Below, piece after piece: positions 11,901 through 24,300 of a stretch of DNA of 64,000 nucleotides. The position numbers were made by a program, and so were the translations under genes. The notes below the pieces were generated by a model, which saw only the letters and a program-made list of their open reading frames with translations, did not search any database and was not told the origin of the DNA. The DNA is from Takakia lepidozioides (Eukaryota > Plantae > Bryophyta), in NCBI GenBank assembly GCA_030704615.1, contig CM060731.1:3162001-3226000 (forward strand), read 5' to 3'. Position 1 is the stretch's first letter, and every line of letters starts with the position of its first letter.

Positions 11901-13718
11901 CGTAGCAACATGGTATTCTTTGCCACAGGCAAGGGAGGTCCAGACTTCTTACCTAGTGGAGGGAAATGCCATTGGTACAGATTATCACCAAGTGGTTGGA
12001 ACTGGCTGAATCTTGAGACGAGAATAGTTGGCCATAGAGGTCTCAGCGGCAATAGTAACATGGCTTAGACTCACTTTGTAAGGTTATCCCTCACCATTGT
12101 GAAGGCACATAAGATTGTTCATGACGTCAATGTTGGCCTCTGCACCCTTCATCCAATCCAGTCCCAGTAAAATTTGTTTACCCATGGTGACAGTGCAGGT
12201 CAGCAAGACTGTTTTCCCACTAATGCAGATAGGCAAGGTGACCAACCCTATGGGTTCATATGCAGTGCCATCAGCTTTGGTAACTTCAAGGCCATGGGCA
12301 GGGCTAATTTTTAATCCAAGAATGCGAATTGTACTAAGTGGAATGGCAGACATGGTACATCCAGTATCAATAACACATGGAAAGGAAAGGTGGCCCACAT
12401 GACATTGTGTCATCAGTGGGTGGATCTGGTCCCTACTGATGTGCTTATAGGCCTCACAGTGCATGAGTTTGAAATCACGAGAAAGAACAACACTTACCAT
12501 CGTTTTGGGGTTCTTACCATGGTCATTTGGCACCCTCACAGACGACTGGGTTCGTTTAAAGTACCCCTCTGTTTTTTTGTCTCTTTGCAACTGTTCAATC
12601 AGAGCAGGTAAGTCAGATTGGTAAGGGCACCACCTGATGTAATGCTTAGTGGACTTGCAAATCATGCATGCCACCACGGAAGTCCTGGCTTCATGACGAA
12701 TGCCAACATTGGTCTTACCTTGAGGCCCATTTCTGGCAGCGACTATAAAGTTCCATCCTACGTCGGCTTTGAAGGCTTGAAGTTCTCCCTGGATTTCATT
12801 ACGAAAAGATGACAACTCATGCACAATGGAAGGGACCAGATCTTCTGCAATACCTTTCACCCCAGTCCCCATCAGTATGCTCTACATAGTTACCATCACT
12901 AGCCAGATGAGTGTGTTTTGTGTTGGTAACTTTAGACAGGCCTGCCTTGGCAGCTTTGAGACGTAACCTTTCTTCAATCAATTCCACCATCTCATCTTAA
13001 GCGGTGTAAGTCTGTTTTTGCATAAACACTTTCTCAACAGGGGGCAAGCCCTTTACAAAACAATGTTTCAAAATAGCAGGTCTCTCTGAGGCAATTAGAA
13101 TTGACTTACAGATTGCAGTTCGCAAGTCAATGTAGTATTTCCACACACTGTCGCCATAATGAAATTTTCAGTCTGGTGTGGTGTAAGCTATGGGCTTTTC
13201 TTCACGAAAGAGCTTGCGAGCCAATTCTCCAGCTTCTACCAAAGTAAGATCATTTTTGTCCTTAATATTGGACTCTCCCTTGAGACAGATTCGAAAAGAC
13301 TTTACTTGGAACCGTGGGGAACACCATTCATTTCAGTGCTGATTTCAAAAAATTCCAAGAAGGACTCAAAATCCTTCCCTAAGTTGTACTCAGGGTATTG
13401 TTACTTAGGTATTCGCTCCCCATGATCAGTTTTCTGTGGAGTGGTATCCGGAACTTCAGTTTGTTTCAGCAACATCTTCATAAGCGGGGGGCAATTTGAA
13501 ATCACCCCCATGGCTTCACACAGCTCGTCCAAATCAAATGTGGGTTGAGGCACAGTTGCCGGATCCTTGTGATCTCTGGACGACTCTCCCATTTCCATAT
13601 TATTTCTTTCATTAGTTGTTGTCTCTTCCCTCTCCTCCGCTGCACGTTTTTCCAACTCACTTAGTCCCATCGTCTCTTCTGCTTCTCTCTCTAGCATAGA
13701 TATTGTAAATACAGGCAT
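8965..13718 (-). mobile_element. Ty3/gypsy gag-pol (gag, Zn knuckle, protease, dUTPase-like, RT, RNase H, integrase core), decayed
   Basis: CxxCxxxxHxxxxC (CMICKSTKHYIRWC), protease VIDTG, [29 protein letters not shown] and YIDD, RNase H FILQTDASD, integrase LDLIGP, DQGTEF and YNPQCNGLAERFN; order PR-RT-RH-INT; many frameshifts and stops. Confidence 0.95.
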
Positions 13719-14848
13719 GAGAAGAGGAGTACACGGCTACCTGTCCGAAGGGGCACTGGGCTTCGAGTCCCACCCAGACACACAGTGAGATGTGATGAAG
13801 CGATGCTTGTGCAGCAAGTACACTTCTTCCCCCAAGAAAGCCTACAGTTCCTCTTCACCCTTGAGCCAAAAAGTCACGCACACGATGCTACGTACCACCT
13901 TTTCCTTCACCAACAGCGTGTGGGCAGGATATGCCTTGGCTGCTTCGGCCTTGTAGAGACCTATTGTTTCACGCCAAAAACACACCCCCGGAAAGATCAA
14001 CACATCACTGGGAGAAAAAGGGAACTCAGAGTCGGGAATACCAGTGATGAGCTCTTTCCAAGTGGGGTCCCGGGTAGGGGCTAGCGGAACTCGAGGCCTT
14101 AAATTAGCAAGCAGAATTGATGTACATTCTTTAACCAGTTCCCACAATCGTAGAGGGCTCGGCTTGTCAAGAGGCAGGAAGCTCTCAAGCTCTACACCCA
14201 ATTCTCGACTCACAGAGAATTGTGGAATGCCCAAGACAGCCCAACTAAGTTTCTCACCACTCTCCAACTGCTCCTTGGCACTAGCAAGGGGAATCTGTAG
14301 AGTGACTTCCCTGGAATGAAGCTTGAGGAGAAGGCGTGCGGCGTAGGCTCCCTGAAGAGACTCGCGAATGCACCGGCTCTGCTCCCTCTCCTTCGCTTTA
14401 GTGTGTATGGGCTTGCAAGCTTCTTTGCGTGCAGTTTCCTCAAATGTCTTGGCCCATAACTCTGAGGGCGTGTCCAGCGGGAGCTCAGGCCGTGGAATAG
14501 GTTCTCCCTCCGGATAATCGACAAATACCAGCTGCTCAGGTAACAGGTTGCGTGCAAGCTCACAAAATGTAGCGAGATTCCAACGCCTGGGTCTGTCTCA
14601 AGCGCGGAACCTCGAATTGATCAAACTCAAACCAACCACGCTCAGAACTGGAAGCCATAGTGCTCACTTGCGAAACTCTCAAAACACATAAAAGCTCGAG
14701 CAGACAAACTCTCTCTCTTTCTCTCTGTGCATGACATACAAGCCGTCATTTTGCCACTACCTCTCCCCTCAATCATGCAGGATCCCCCATACACAATCTA
14801 CTGTTCTCAGGTGTTTCGTACGAGCCAAATCTGTTAACAATTTTTAGT

Positions 14849-14866
14849 TACCCCGCATCCCCACCA
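14849..14866 (-). promoter_or_regulatory. Primer-binding site, probably tRNA-Ala
   Basis: Minus strand TGGTGGGGATGCGGGGTA immediately follows the LTR's terminal CA; complementary, with one mismatch, to the plant tRNA-Ala 3' end (...ACCCCGCAUCUCCACCA) as recalled. Confidence 0.7.
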
Positions 14867-15408
14867 TGATTCCGGCGCTATGGGTTTGTTCCCCTTCCTC
14901 TACCGGACTTAATCCTATTTGGGGAATGTAGTCGATAGATGAGCCTGGCAGAGAAGACGGAATCTCACGAAGAGGACGCAACAGAGTCGGACTTCCAAAA
15001 CGCATTCATCTACACACTCAAGCACACCATTACACCAAGCGTACACTCGCGTAAGACCCAAAAGCCACCACCCTCACTGCCACGGCAGTTGAGCTTAAAT
15101 AGTATAAGGTCGTAATCTAATCTCAGTGCCGCGTGGCACTTACATATAGGCCAGCCAGATGCCCTTCCAGCATAGCCATAGAAAGAAGCCAGATCACCCA
15201 GATCCATCCTAATCTAATCCTAAACTAGTTGTTAGAATAAGACAGCACCTAATAAAGTCATAAGCTGTTGCCACCTCATCCTCATGCGCAAGGTGTAAGT
15301 TCATCCAGACTTCATCCTGGCTCCGTCCATCCCTAAATCATCCGGGACGCATCCCTCCTCCGTTCATCCAAGTCGAAAAGGAAGGTGAGAAGGAATCCCA
15401 GCTCCACA
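14867..15408 (-). mobile_element. 5' LTR (542 bp)
   Basis: TG...CA termini on the minus strand; adjacent PBS; inverted homolog at 16461-16983. Confidence 0.9.
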
Positions 15409-15664
15409 TGGTGTACGGTATGACAAAATAAAATAAAATGCATATAACCATATATATGCGTAGTAAAGATGAAGATGAAGGTCAAACTTGTGCTGCGTGT
15501 AGCAAATAAATGCTTTGAAATGTATCAATATCAATTTTTTTAATGGAATAAATCAAGAAGACAATAGTGACTAAGTGACTCCTAGTAAGTTGATTTACTC
15601 TATGTGGAACATCCCTCCATTGGCAATGAGGTACTCATTATCATCTATGACCAGGTGAAGGTCT

Positions 15665-16231
15665 CTTATTCTGCTATTTGCCTATAGGACTTCTATCCAT
15701 GCCAGTACCAAAATCTCACCTTTAGAACTTTTGTATGGTAGGAAATGTAGAATTCCTTTACATATCTCCTGGCTGCAGGTATTCGCAACTGAGCCTGAGA
15801 ATTGGGAAGTTTTTTTGCTTTCCATGGATGCTAGACGACGTAGTTTGCGTGAAACAGCTAAATCTAACATTGTGTTTGCCCAAGCTGCTCAGGCCAAGAA
15901 TTACAACAGACGTGTTGTGTATTCTGAGTCATTCAAGGTAGGCCAGTCTGTTTGTGTCAAGCTCCAACCTGGTAAACAGATATCTAAGGCCAAACGTAGG
16001 ATTGATGGCCGTTACCTTATTTCTGATATTCTTCATGGCAGGCAGTACGTCTTGCTCCCCCAGCATGCTTCTACTCCTTACTTAGCTAGCTCCATTCATG
16101 TTTCATTACTTGTTCCATGCACTCTTACTTTTGATCTAGCATGTTTGAATGTTGAGAACCGTCAGGTGATCTTCACCCCCACAGCTCGGACAGCTCGTGA
16201 TCAGACCATGGCATCTTCTTCTTTAGAGTAG
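15665..16231 (+). mobile_element. Integrase C-terminal portion, opposite in orientation to the rest of pol
   Basis: LLFAYRTSIHASTKISPLELLYGRKCRIP...FKVGQSVCVK...GRYLI (GPY/F-like), the motif that normally follows the WD that ends the minus-strand integrase at ~8970. Confidence 0.85.
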
Positions 16232-16460
16232 TTTTTGAATTTTGTGACAGTTTTCTGCACCAATTGTAGCACTTGGGGTTTTTTCTATGGGATGTTTTGT
16301 CCTCCACCCAGCTTGCAGGATGAGGTTTTATTCCCTAGGTTTTTTCATCCCTTGTGTGCCGGGTGTGTAGTTTGTTTGGGCTAGGCTTTGTTTTTGTTCT
16401 TCCTGAGCTCATCACTCGCAAGAGCTCACAGTTTCTAGTGGCCCCAACAGACTTCACATA

Positions 16461-16983
16461 TGTGGAGCTGGGATTCCTTCTCACCTTCTTTTTCAACTTG
16501 GATGAACGGAGGAGGGATGCGCCCCGGATGATTTAGGGATGGACGGAGCCAGGATGAAGTCTGGATGAACTTACACCTTGCGCATGAGGATGAGCTGACA
16601 ACAACTTATGACTTTATTAGGTGCTGTCTTATTCTAACAGCTAGTTTAGGATTAGATTAGGATGGATCTGGGTGCTATGCTGGAAGGGCATCTGGCTGGC
16701 CTATATGTAAGTGTCACGCGGCACTAAGATTAGATTACGACCTAATACTATTTAAGCTCGACTACCATGGCAGTGAGGGTGGTGGCTTTTGGGTCTTACG
16801 CAAGTGTACGCTTGGTGTAACGGTGTGCTTGAGTGTGTGGATGAATGCGTTTTGGAAGTCCGATTCTGTTGTGTCCTCTTCGTGAGATTCCGTCTTCTCT
16901 GCCAGGCCCATCTATCGACTACATTCCCCAGATAGGATTAAGTCCAGTAGAGGAAGGGGAACAAACCCATAGCGCCGGAATCA
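16461..16983 (+). mobile_element. 3' LTR (523 bp), inverted relative to the 5' LTR
   Basis: TGTGGAGCTGGG...GCCGGAATCA is the reverse complement of 14867-15408, with scattered substitutions and a ~19-bp deletion. Confidence 0.9.
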
Positions 16984-17647
16984 GACTTCACAACCAGGAC
17001 TAAAATATTTAATTGTTCTGTTTAATGTTGTTATGGAATACTCGAGTTATATGCGGCGGTTATCAACCAATGCATTAACATGTCTATGCCCGGGTTGATA
17101 ACCGCCGGGTATTTCACTTTAAATACCCGTAGGGTTAATGCCCGACCTAAAATGAAATTCTGATTAAGATTGATGTCCGCCGGGTATGTATATTTCTACT
17201 ATGGCTCTATACCCGGGCCCGACGGACATCAAGATTTAAAGAATACCCCATAGCCCTGCCCGGCGGGTATAATCAAACCCATATACCTGCCCAACACTGG
17301 AATGTACCTTGTTTGTGTTCTCCCACACACATTACAGTAGTAGTTCGAAAGGGGCCAGTACCTGCAAGGGGGAGTAGCTCACTAACTCCTGCTCAACATA
17401 GCCAACCAGGAGCCAACCTAGCTATATAGAGAGGGTCTTTGATCTGAGTAGGTATCTAAGAGCGACCTTCCATGTACCCGGCCCGACGAAACGGACAAAA
17501 ATGGCCGGGTACGCATATCGCTTCCATGTAAGGACCCGGTTGCCCAGCTAGTTGTAGTGCACCCCCTTAAAATGGGGGGAGCTGGGTGGACGAGTAAGCG
17601 AATTGATTGCAGTGCAGTGTCCACCTACCCGCATGTGCCAATTGCAA

Positions 17648-17727
17648 ACTCACCAGCTAAAGATGCAAAGCTTGAATACTGGATGGGACTCACCAGCTAA
17701 AGATGCAAAGCTTGAATACTCGATGGG
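17648..17727. repeat. 40-bp tandem duplication
   Basis: ACTCACCAGCTAAAGATGCAAAGCTTGAATACTnGATGGG occurs twice in tandem. Confidence 0.85.
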
Positions 17728-18366
17728 GTACTTGGTACTTGACGGTTACTAAGGTGGTATCCTTCCTTTACCATGTCCCCCTAAAGTCCAAAATGAGCAC
17801 CCGGCCGTCCAGCTCCACATGATTGTGGAAGGGGACCCAGCTCTTTTCTCCAGCTCTTTTCTCCAAAGCTCGGCAAACTCCTCCTTTTGCAGGCCGGGCT
17901 CCTCCAACATGGAGGCCGCTCTAAGGCAGTATAGTACAGTGTGTGATTAAAGCTTACTTGTACAAATTGGTAAAACCTAGTTGAAACTTCTACCCTCTAC
18001 AACCCCAATGGCCAAAAACCTTGAAAGCCTTGCCATAGTGCAGTAAATATCCTTCCATAAAAAGCAATCGCAAGCAGCCTACACTTCGCCCTCACACACT
18101 GCACAACATGCTTTAAGTTGACAAACTGAATAAGCAAGAGATTAACAGTACCAAATCTCGAAAAAATGTGTTACCAACTCATTATCTTACTGATAAGCTG
18201 CAATATCCGAATTGTCCATTAGTGCCCCCCCAGTCCGAAATAATTTGCTATAGTTGCTGAAAGAACACTCTCAAGCAATCCATTGACAAATGGGACCAAC
18301 CAAAATGGCACTTCCAATTATTGACTCATTCAGGAATTAATGGGGATCCTAAGTAGTCCTTAAAAT

Positions 18367-21300
18367 TTAAATTATAGCCTTCATGCCCAATTGTTGCATC
18401 TCTCTCAACTTCCAATGTGGGTGAAGATCTTCTTCCTCCATCTCGTCCGGTCCAGATTGTTGCATGGCCCATGAATAGTAAACCGTTTGGATGTTATCCT
18501 GCAACCAGCAATGCACAAAGCATCTGCTTTTAATAAGAGCTGCCAACCCTCCCAAAATTTTCCTGTTTCGTGTAATCTATGGCTTACACGGTCCACTGCC
18601 ACTCTTCTTTGAAGAAGTTTTCAGCACCAGTACTCTCTTCTCTCCCAGTTTTTCATGCCCATGGTCACAAGCTCGCACGGCATACGCAATAAGCAAGCCA
18701 ATCCTCTCCAATCCCTCCCTCTTGAAACCTCTGCATTACTCTCACACATTTCAGCACATCCAGTGCATGAGGATGCAATGAGTGCGAAGGCAACATCTGC
18801 ACTTTATCCCCAACACTCACACAGGATGGGACATTCAAGGCCCAAAAGTGCATACCTTAGCTCCATCGGTGATGTTGCCGTGTTTATCACGTGCACAGTA
18901 GATCTGCTGTGTTTGAAACTGTCAAAGCATTCCACAGAATTTGCTATCAGACGTACGAAGGCATAGCAATGAGAGAAAGGGAGCAAGAGACAGCTATTAT
19001 CGACCATCCCCCATGAGCTTGGCTTTGAGGTATCTTGAGGCAAATACTGTGGAATACTGACCCTCGTGAAGCTGTGGAATTTGCATCCACCACAATATCC
19101 AAATCAACCCAAAGCTCACATATACATATATAATATGTAATTCCACCTGCTCTCTGACACCCAACGACTATTCAGCTGTTGATCAAATGGCTGACACTAT
19201 ACTATGGAGGATAATATTGGTTACAGAAATTCTCATGTACACTCTACGATTATGCAGATGTGACAGATGGCAGAGGAAAAGGTGTGCTCACTCGGGCTTT
19301 CTTGGCAGAGAGAGGCAGATATAAATACAGGAGTACCTGTGCCAGGCAGAACTCCACCAGGGCATTTCTTGGCTTGCGATCAAGCATTAACTAAAGTTTG
19401 ATCGGGGGATGCTTCCCTTTTCTGCTCCTAAGGAGAACGAAGGTAAGAAGCTTTATAACATCTATGGATGGAAGATGTTGTTTTCTGTAGCCTAAGAAAG
19501 AGCACTTACAGTAACGATGATGATGGGGGAGTTGCCCAGCAGTCTTGTCTCTTTTACATAGACATCAAAAATGTGCAAAATCTGACAAAATCAAAAGAGC
19601 ACCAGAAGCCACATGTCTGTCTTTTAGCAAGCACACAGACGAGCAAAACTAGCCATAGCCAGCATAATTTTTTGGGTTTTTTCTCGTAGGCCCTTCATAC
19701 CCAACTAATGAGGCAACGCCACTGTGCTGGCCGGACCACCCAGCCTAACCTTCAACTATATGCCAGAACAACCGAGAATGTGGCATGAGAGCACTAAGCA
19801 ATGGGCTTTCTGTTTGCACACTGACAGTTGAGGGGTTGGTTGAGCCATAAATAATAATTATCAAACAGACAAGGAACAAGAGGGAGGAGAGCAAGGTGGG
19901 AAGGCGGGGACAGGTGATGTAAAGAGTTGGCATGAGATATTCTACCTTATTATCCCAAAATATGCCCTGGCTCTCGTGAAAGAATCAAACAGACAAGGAA
20001 CAAGAGGGAGGAGAGCAAGGTGGGAAGGCGGGGACAGGTGATGTAAAGGGTTGGCATGATATTCTACCTTATTATCCAAAAATATGCCCTGGCTCTCGAG
20101 TGCTCTTCTTTCACCTCGACAACGTTCCACCACCTCCCTACTACACCTTTTACTCAGCACGCTTAAATCGCCCTGACACACACAGCCCGTCATCAGCAGT
20201 GCCCACACAAGTTGATGGACCCAACAACGTCTTCTTGGACTGCTTTGACAGACTATTTTCTACATCTTCCTGGGCATTAATTTGTGTCTTTCTGTAGCAG
20301 CAGAAGGCACAGGGTCCTAACATGGGTTTCATGGAGCAGTTTTGGGTGGACACCTAGAATTGAGACCAAAGATAAGCTATGATGCCAGCTTCACTTTTTG
20401 TGACTCGTTCGCTCATTATGGGAGCTGCCATAATTGGTCAGTTTCTGAGAACATGACACTGGCGCCATACACTGGATGGGCTCACTGTTTCAACATAGGC
20501 TCTATAAAGCCAGGACCAAGCTTGGGCTTATCTATTGCAAGGTCCACAGTGATTGAAGGAGTAAATAGATGTAGACTGGATGTTTGTATGTGGCTATCGC
20601 AGAATATGTACCGAGTTGGCTTTGCTCCAAGCAAATATATGCAAGATCCATTCACCTAGGCATGGCACCCCTACTCACCTTGAGGTAAGCTTGAAGCACA
20701 GGCCTGATGCCTTCTTGCACCTCCATTGTAAACTCCGCATATGAGAAGGACCTAACCCAAGTTGAACTCCAGGTTAGCAAGCACCTAATAGCAAAAGCTC
20801 AGACAGCAAACGGCTGACTAGATGTCTCCCAGGCACTATCCAGCTATCAACTACAGATGCTGCATGCACTCCCAACTAAAAATGCCACCTATCATATGCT
20901 ACTCATTGAGACATTGCCAACCGTACCTATGTCACTCATGCAAATGAGACAAGCACACAAACGTAAACAGACCATCCAAATCCTTGTCTGATGGACATTC
21001 TCAGCCTGATTTCTGCCATGTCATACCCACGAGTCCAATGGTGGTTTATGTGTTAATGCTCTTCAGCAGTCCCAAGAAGTCTACCCTGAGTGAAGTCATT
21101 CCTGAGGTAAGGGGTGAGAGGGAAACAAACTTACGGGTCACGGCGACGAATCTCTCGCATGGCCACAGCTGTTGCAGTCTCACCGAAAATTGACTCATTT
21201 ATTCTGCAAATACATCAAAAACTGGAGGCTTAGGGTCACTTACATGTTGACCATCAAGATTCAGGAGAGAGTACCAAGGTTTCTCTAGATTCCAAACCAC

Positions 21301-24300
21301 ACTGAAGTAGAATGCCGGGTGCACAGGATTGTTCAGCCAAACAGAAGTTGAGAAAAACCTGACGGGTAAAGCTTCCACAGCTAATACGACCCTTAGCAGC
21401 AAACAATCTTAACCCTGATCGTCATTTTGTTCTCAAAGGATCATTTAATGACTAACTAGGACCAGAACTACCAGCTACATCGGTTTTGTGCAAGAAAATC
21501 AAAGCTACAACCCAAGTTACACAGCCACTACCATACCATCTGAGGTCCACCAGATAATCAACACTGGATGTATCCAAATGCTCAAACAAGTAGAAAATTG
21601 CCACAGCTTTTATGTTGCAGCCATCATTCAGTTAATATCTGGATTTCTCTTCCCTTTCCCTCCCAAACCTCAACATCCAATTAAACTCCCCACTTCATTT
21701 CAATCATACAAAAAGAGGTAGGACAGTTGCCTCATAAGAAGGAAGGAACCTAGAACAAAGCCTTCCTATAGCATACCCTTGGATTTTCTGTACAACAGGG
21801 CTGTCGCTCGTTTCCCATCTCTCTCGCAAGTCCTCTGCCAGCTGCCCATAGAGCCAATTAACTCCATCAAATACTTGTATAAACTATATTCAGATTGTCA
21901 CTCTCAACACCCCCCGAATTGAGACCAAAGCCGAAATTGTCATTGAAAGTAAATTTTGCAACTGGCTGGCTGTTGAAGTTGCATCCTACACAAATTTATG
22001 ATGACAGGGCAAAACATTCGAAGAACGCATGCAGCATCATATGGAGATTTGGAATGGGGCAGGTATTTTAAAAGAGACAAGTCTGCAAAAAACACAGTAT
22101 CATGATAATATCTTACCAACAAAATCTCAGAGCAAACTGCAGACCTTACCTCTTGACTTTTTGCAACCACAGGGTGCTGCTTCACAGTTCTGAGCCGCTT
22201 GAAGGCAGGATGTGCCCGTGCCTGCATTCACGCAGTTCCTTGTCTTAGACCCCTTTGGCTAGCAATGGCTTGGACTTGGAGCAGGCTAAGGTTCAACAAA
22301 CGTGCAATTCTTATTGACACTAATTGAATGGTCCCCTACCTGGTGAAATCATGGAGCAGCAATTGACAGCTGCCAACCCTGATACTGTATTCACTCTGTC
22401 TAGTGAAGTAAATGTCGCAACAAGATATACAATGGAGAGCAAGAGAGAGCCTGAGAGAGAAGGAGATCACAAGTCAAACATGATGGATGTGGAAATTGGT
22501 AAAACCTAGCGAAGTCATTACCTGCATAGTTCTGGAAGAAAATCATAATCAATGAGACTGAGGCAAAAAATTGAATGACAGAGACTTCAATAACTCTATC
22601 TACTGCTTGCCATATCCACCACCAACACTGCCCTAATCATCAAAAGGCATAGGATAGGACAGAGGGCCGCAAGCATCAAGCAAATTCACACCTTCTGTTT
22701 CAAGGTCTCCCACCGCCTTTCCCAGCCTGTAGTCTTCTTCACAACTGGAACAATAGCAGTCACAGTCGTATTCTCAGTCGGAGCTGATGCTGGGTCCACA
22801 GCAGGCTTTGATTTCCTTCGAGGGGCAGTACTGCTCAACTCCAGCCTTAAAAATGTGTACGCATTTCTCACCATATCTAAAATTCTTGTATCCCTAACCC
22901 TACGAAATGTGGCCCCTCCAAATGCTGTTGCACTGTGAAAACCTTGACTGACCTTGCTAAGAAAATCTTCCAGTGCTGCCCCTGTTGAAGATTCAGCTGC
23001 ACCCCTGGCCTTCTCTCCAGCTTCGGAATTAGAGGCTCTGCTTGCCTCTGCTGGCTCTGGGCGCACTGACGTGGTGCTCCCAGAAGCACTCTCACTTGCT
23101 CTTGTTGACGCATCTGTTTTGTTGCCAAAACAATTAATTCCATTTATATACATAAAAGTAGGCGAAGTGATGTCATAGGCTTGATGCTTGCAACATCCCT
23201 TGGGTATATACTTTGGCTCGAAGATGTTACAAATTGATAAGCCTAGTAAAATGGTATTCCTGGTAGCCTCTTCACCTAATGTAAGTACCAACATGCAGGT
23301 CACCTATCACTTCCACCTTTTTGGGAAAGTCATTGCAAATATAAACACATGTGGTACCTGATATCTGTGTAGAACCAAATTTGATGCCCCCCACACTCTC
23401 CTTCACCTGCAGGGATACCGAAAGGACATGCGCAGCTTACAAAATTGTACTTACCAATAATTATAGCCAAACTTAGTGCCTCATTGAAGACAATGAAAAG
23501 GAAAACAAAAGCAAGCTCAATGTCTGGGTGTGGTGACATTGTATGAGGGACAAAAGAAAAAACCCCCAGCATGACGACTAGAAGCTCCAGATAAAATAGT
23601 CTCTTTCAGGGGGCCAATCACAGACCTATGACCTTGGAAACTAACTGACCGAAAAACATGCCTTGCATGGGTGGTCCAGATCAAGCAACCAACAACATCT
23701 GCACGGTCCAAAAAGAGTGCTTAAAAAGTCTATTGAAAGTCACCACAGGCTCTTTCTGAAGAACAAACATAAGTGAGACGTTGTGCAAACTATATTCCAA
23801 TTTATCATAACAGTGGGTGATGCAGCAGAAAGTGCGAAGTATACCTGTTCAGTAGCTCCCCTAACCTTCTCCTTCACTGCTGCTGAAACCTGCCAAAATA
23901 TAACCCACAAATACAGTCACAACAACAGAGATAGCCAATGCAGTTCACAGAGCATGCGAATGACTTCTTATAGGTGACTGACCAAATACACTCTTGGGCA
24001 TAATCAACTACCAGCCATGCTTACAATAAGCTCAAAAAACTGACGTATCACGGTGCCACATCTGCACAAAATAGCATACTCATCCGTATTGGCTGGAGCA
24101 TTGCAGGAGAGCTGACCTGCCTGGCCCTTGTCTCTGCCTCCTCACGAGCTGCATCAACCTGCTTGTACAGCTGCTCTGTGGTCTCCTTTGTTCTGCATGC
24201 GAGAGCCACGGTGCCAGCCAGCCAGCGCTTCCCACATCAGGTCTGGACTCCATCTGTCTCTCTCAGAGCAAGGGGGGAGATCTGCGTGCCTCAGAACATC

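Larger units (their letters stand above)
8783..17299. mobile_element. hAT-type non-autonomous element (MITE) split by a nested LTR retrotransposon
   Basis: TIRs CAGTGTTGGGC...GCCCAACACTG; perfect 8-bp TSD GAATGTAC at 8775-8782 and 17300-17307; subterminal CCCG/CGGG repeats at 8783-8960 and ~17000-17299. Confidence 0.92.

Noticed and set aside
13785-14563. ORFs in the gypsy 5' leader as an extra retroelement gene
   Set aside because: Short, in several frames and without recognisable motifs; intact copies would be needed to judge.
18600-19050. Possible hAT transposase remnant (HALDVL, VHVI-like words)
   Set aside because: These are off-frame readings of TIM44 exon and intron sequence.
20300-20900. 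Apparent decayed L1 reverse transcriptase on the plus strand
   Set aside because: The recognisable coding signal is a TIM44 exon on the minus strand (SFSYAEF...QAYLK); no RT motifs are supportable.
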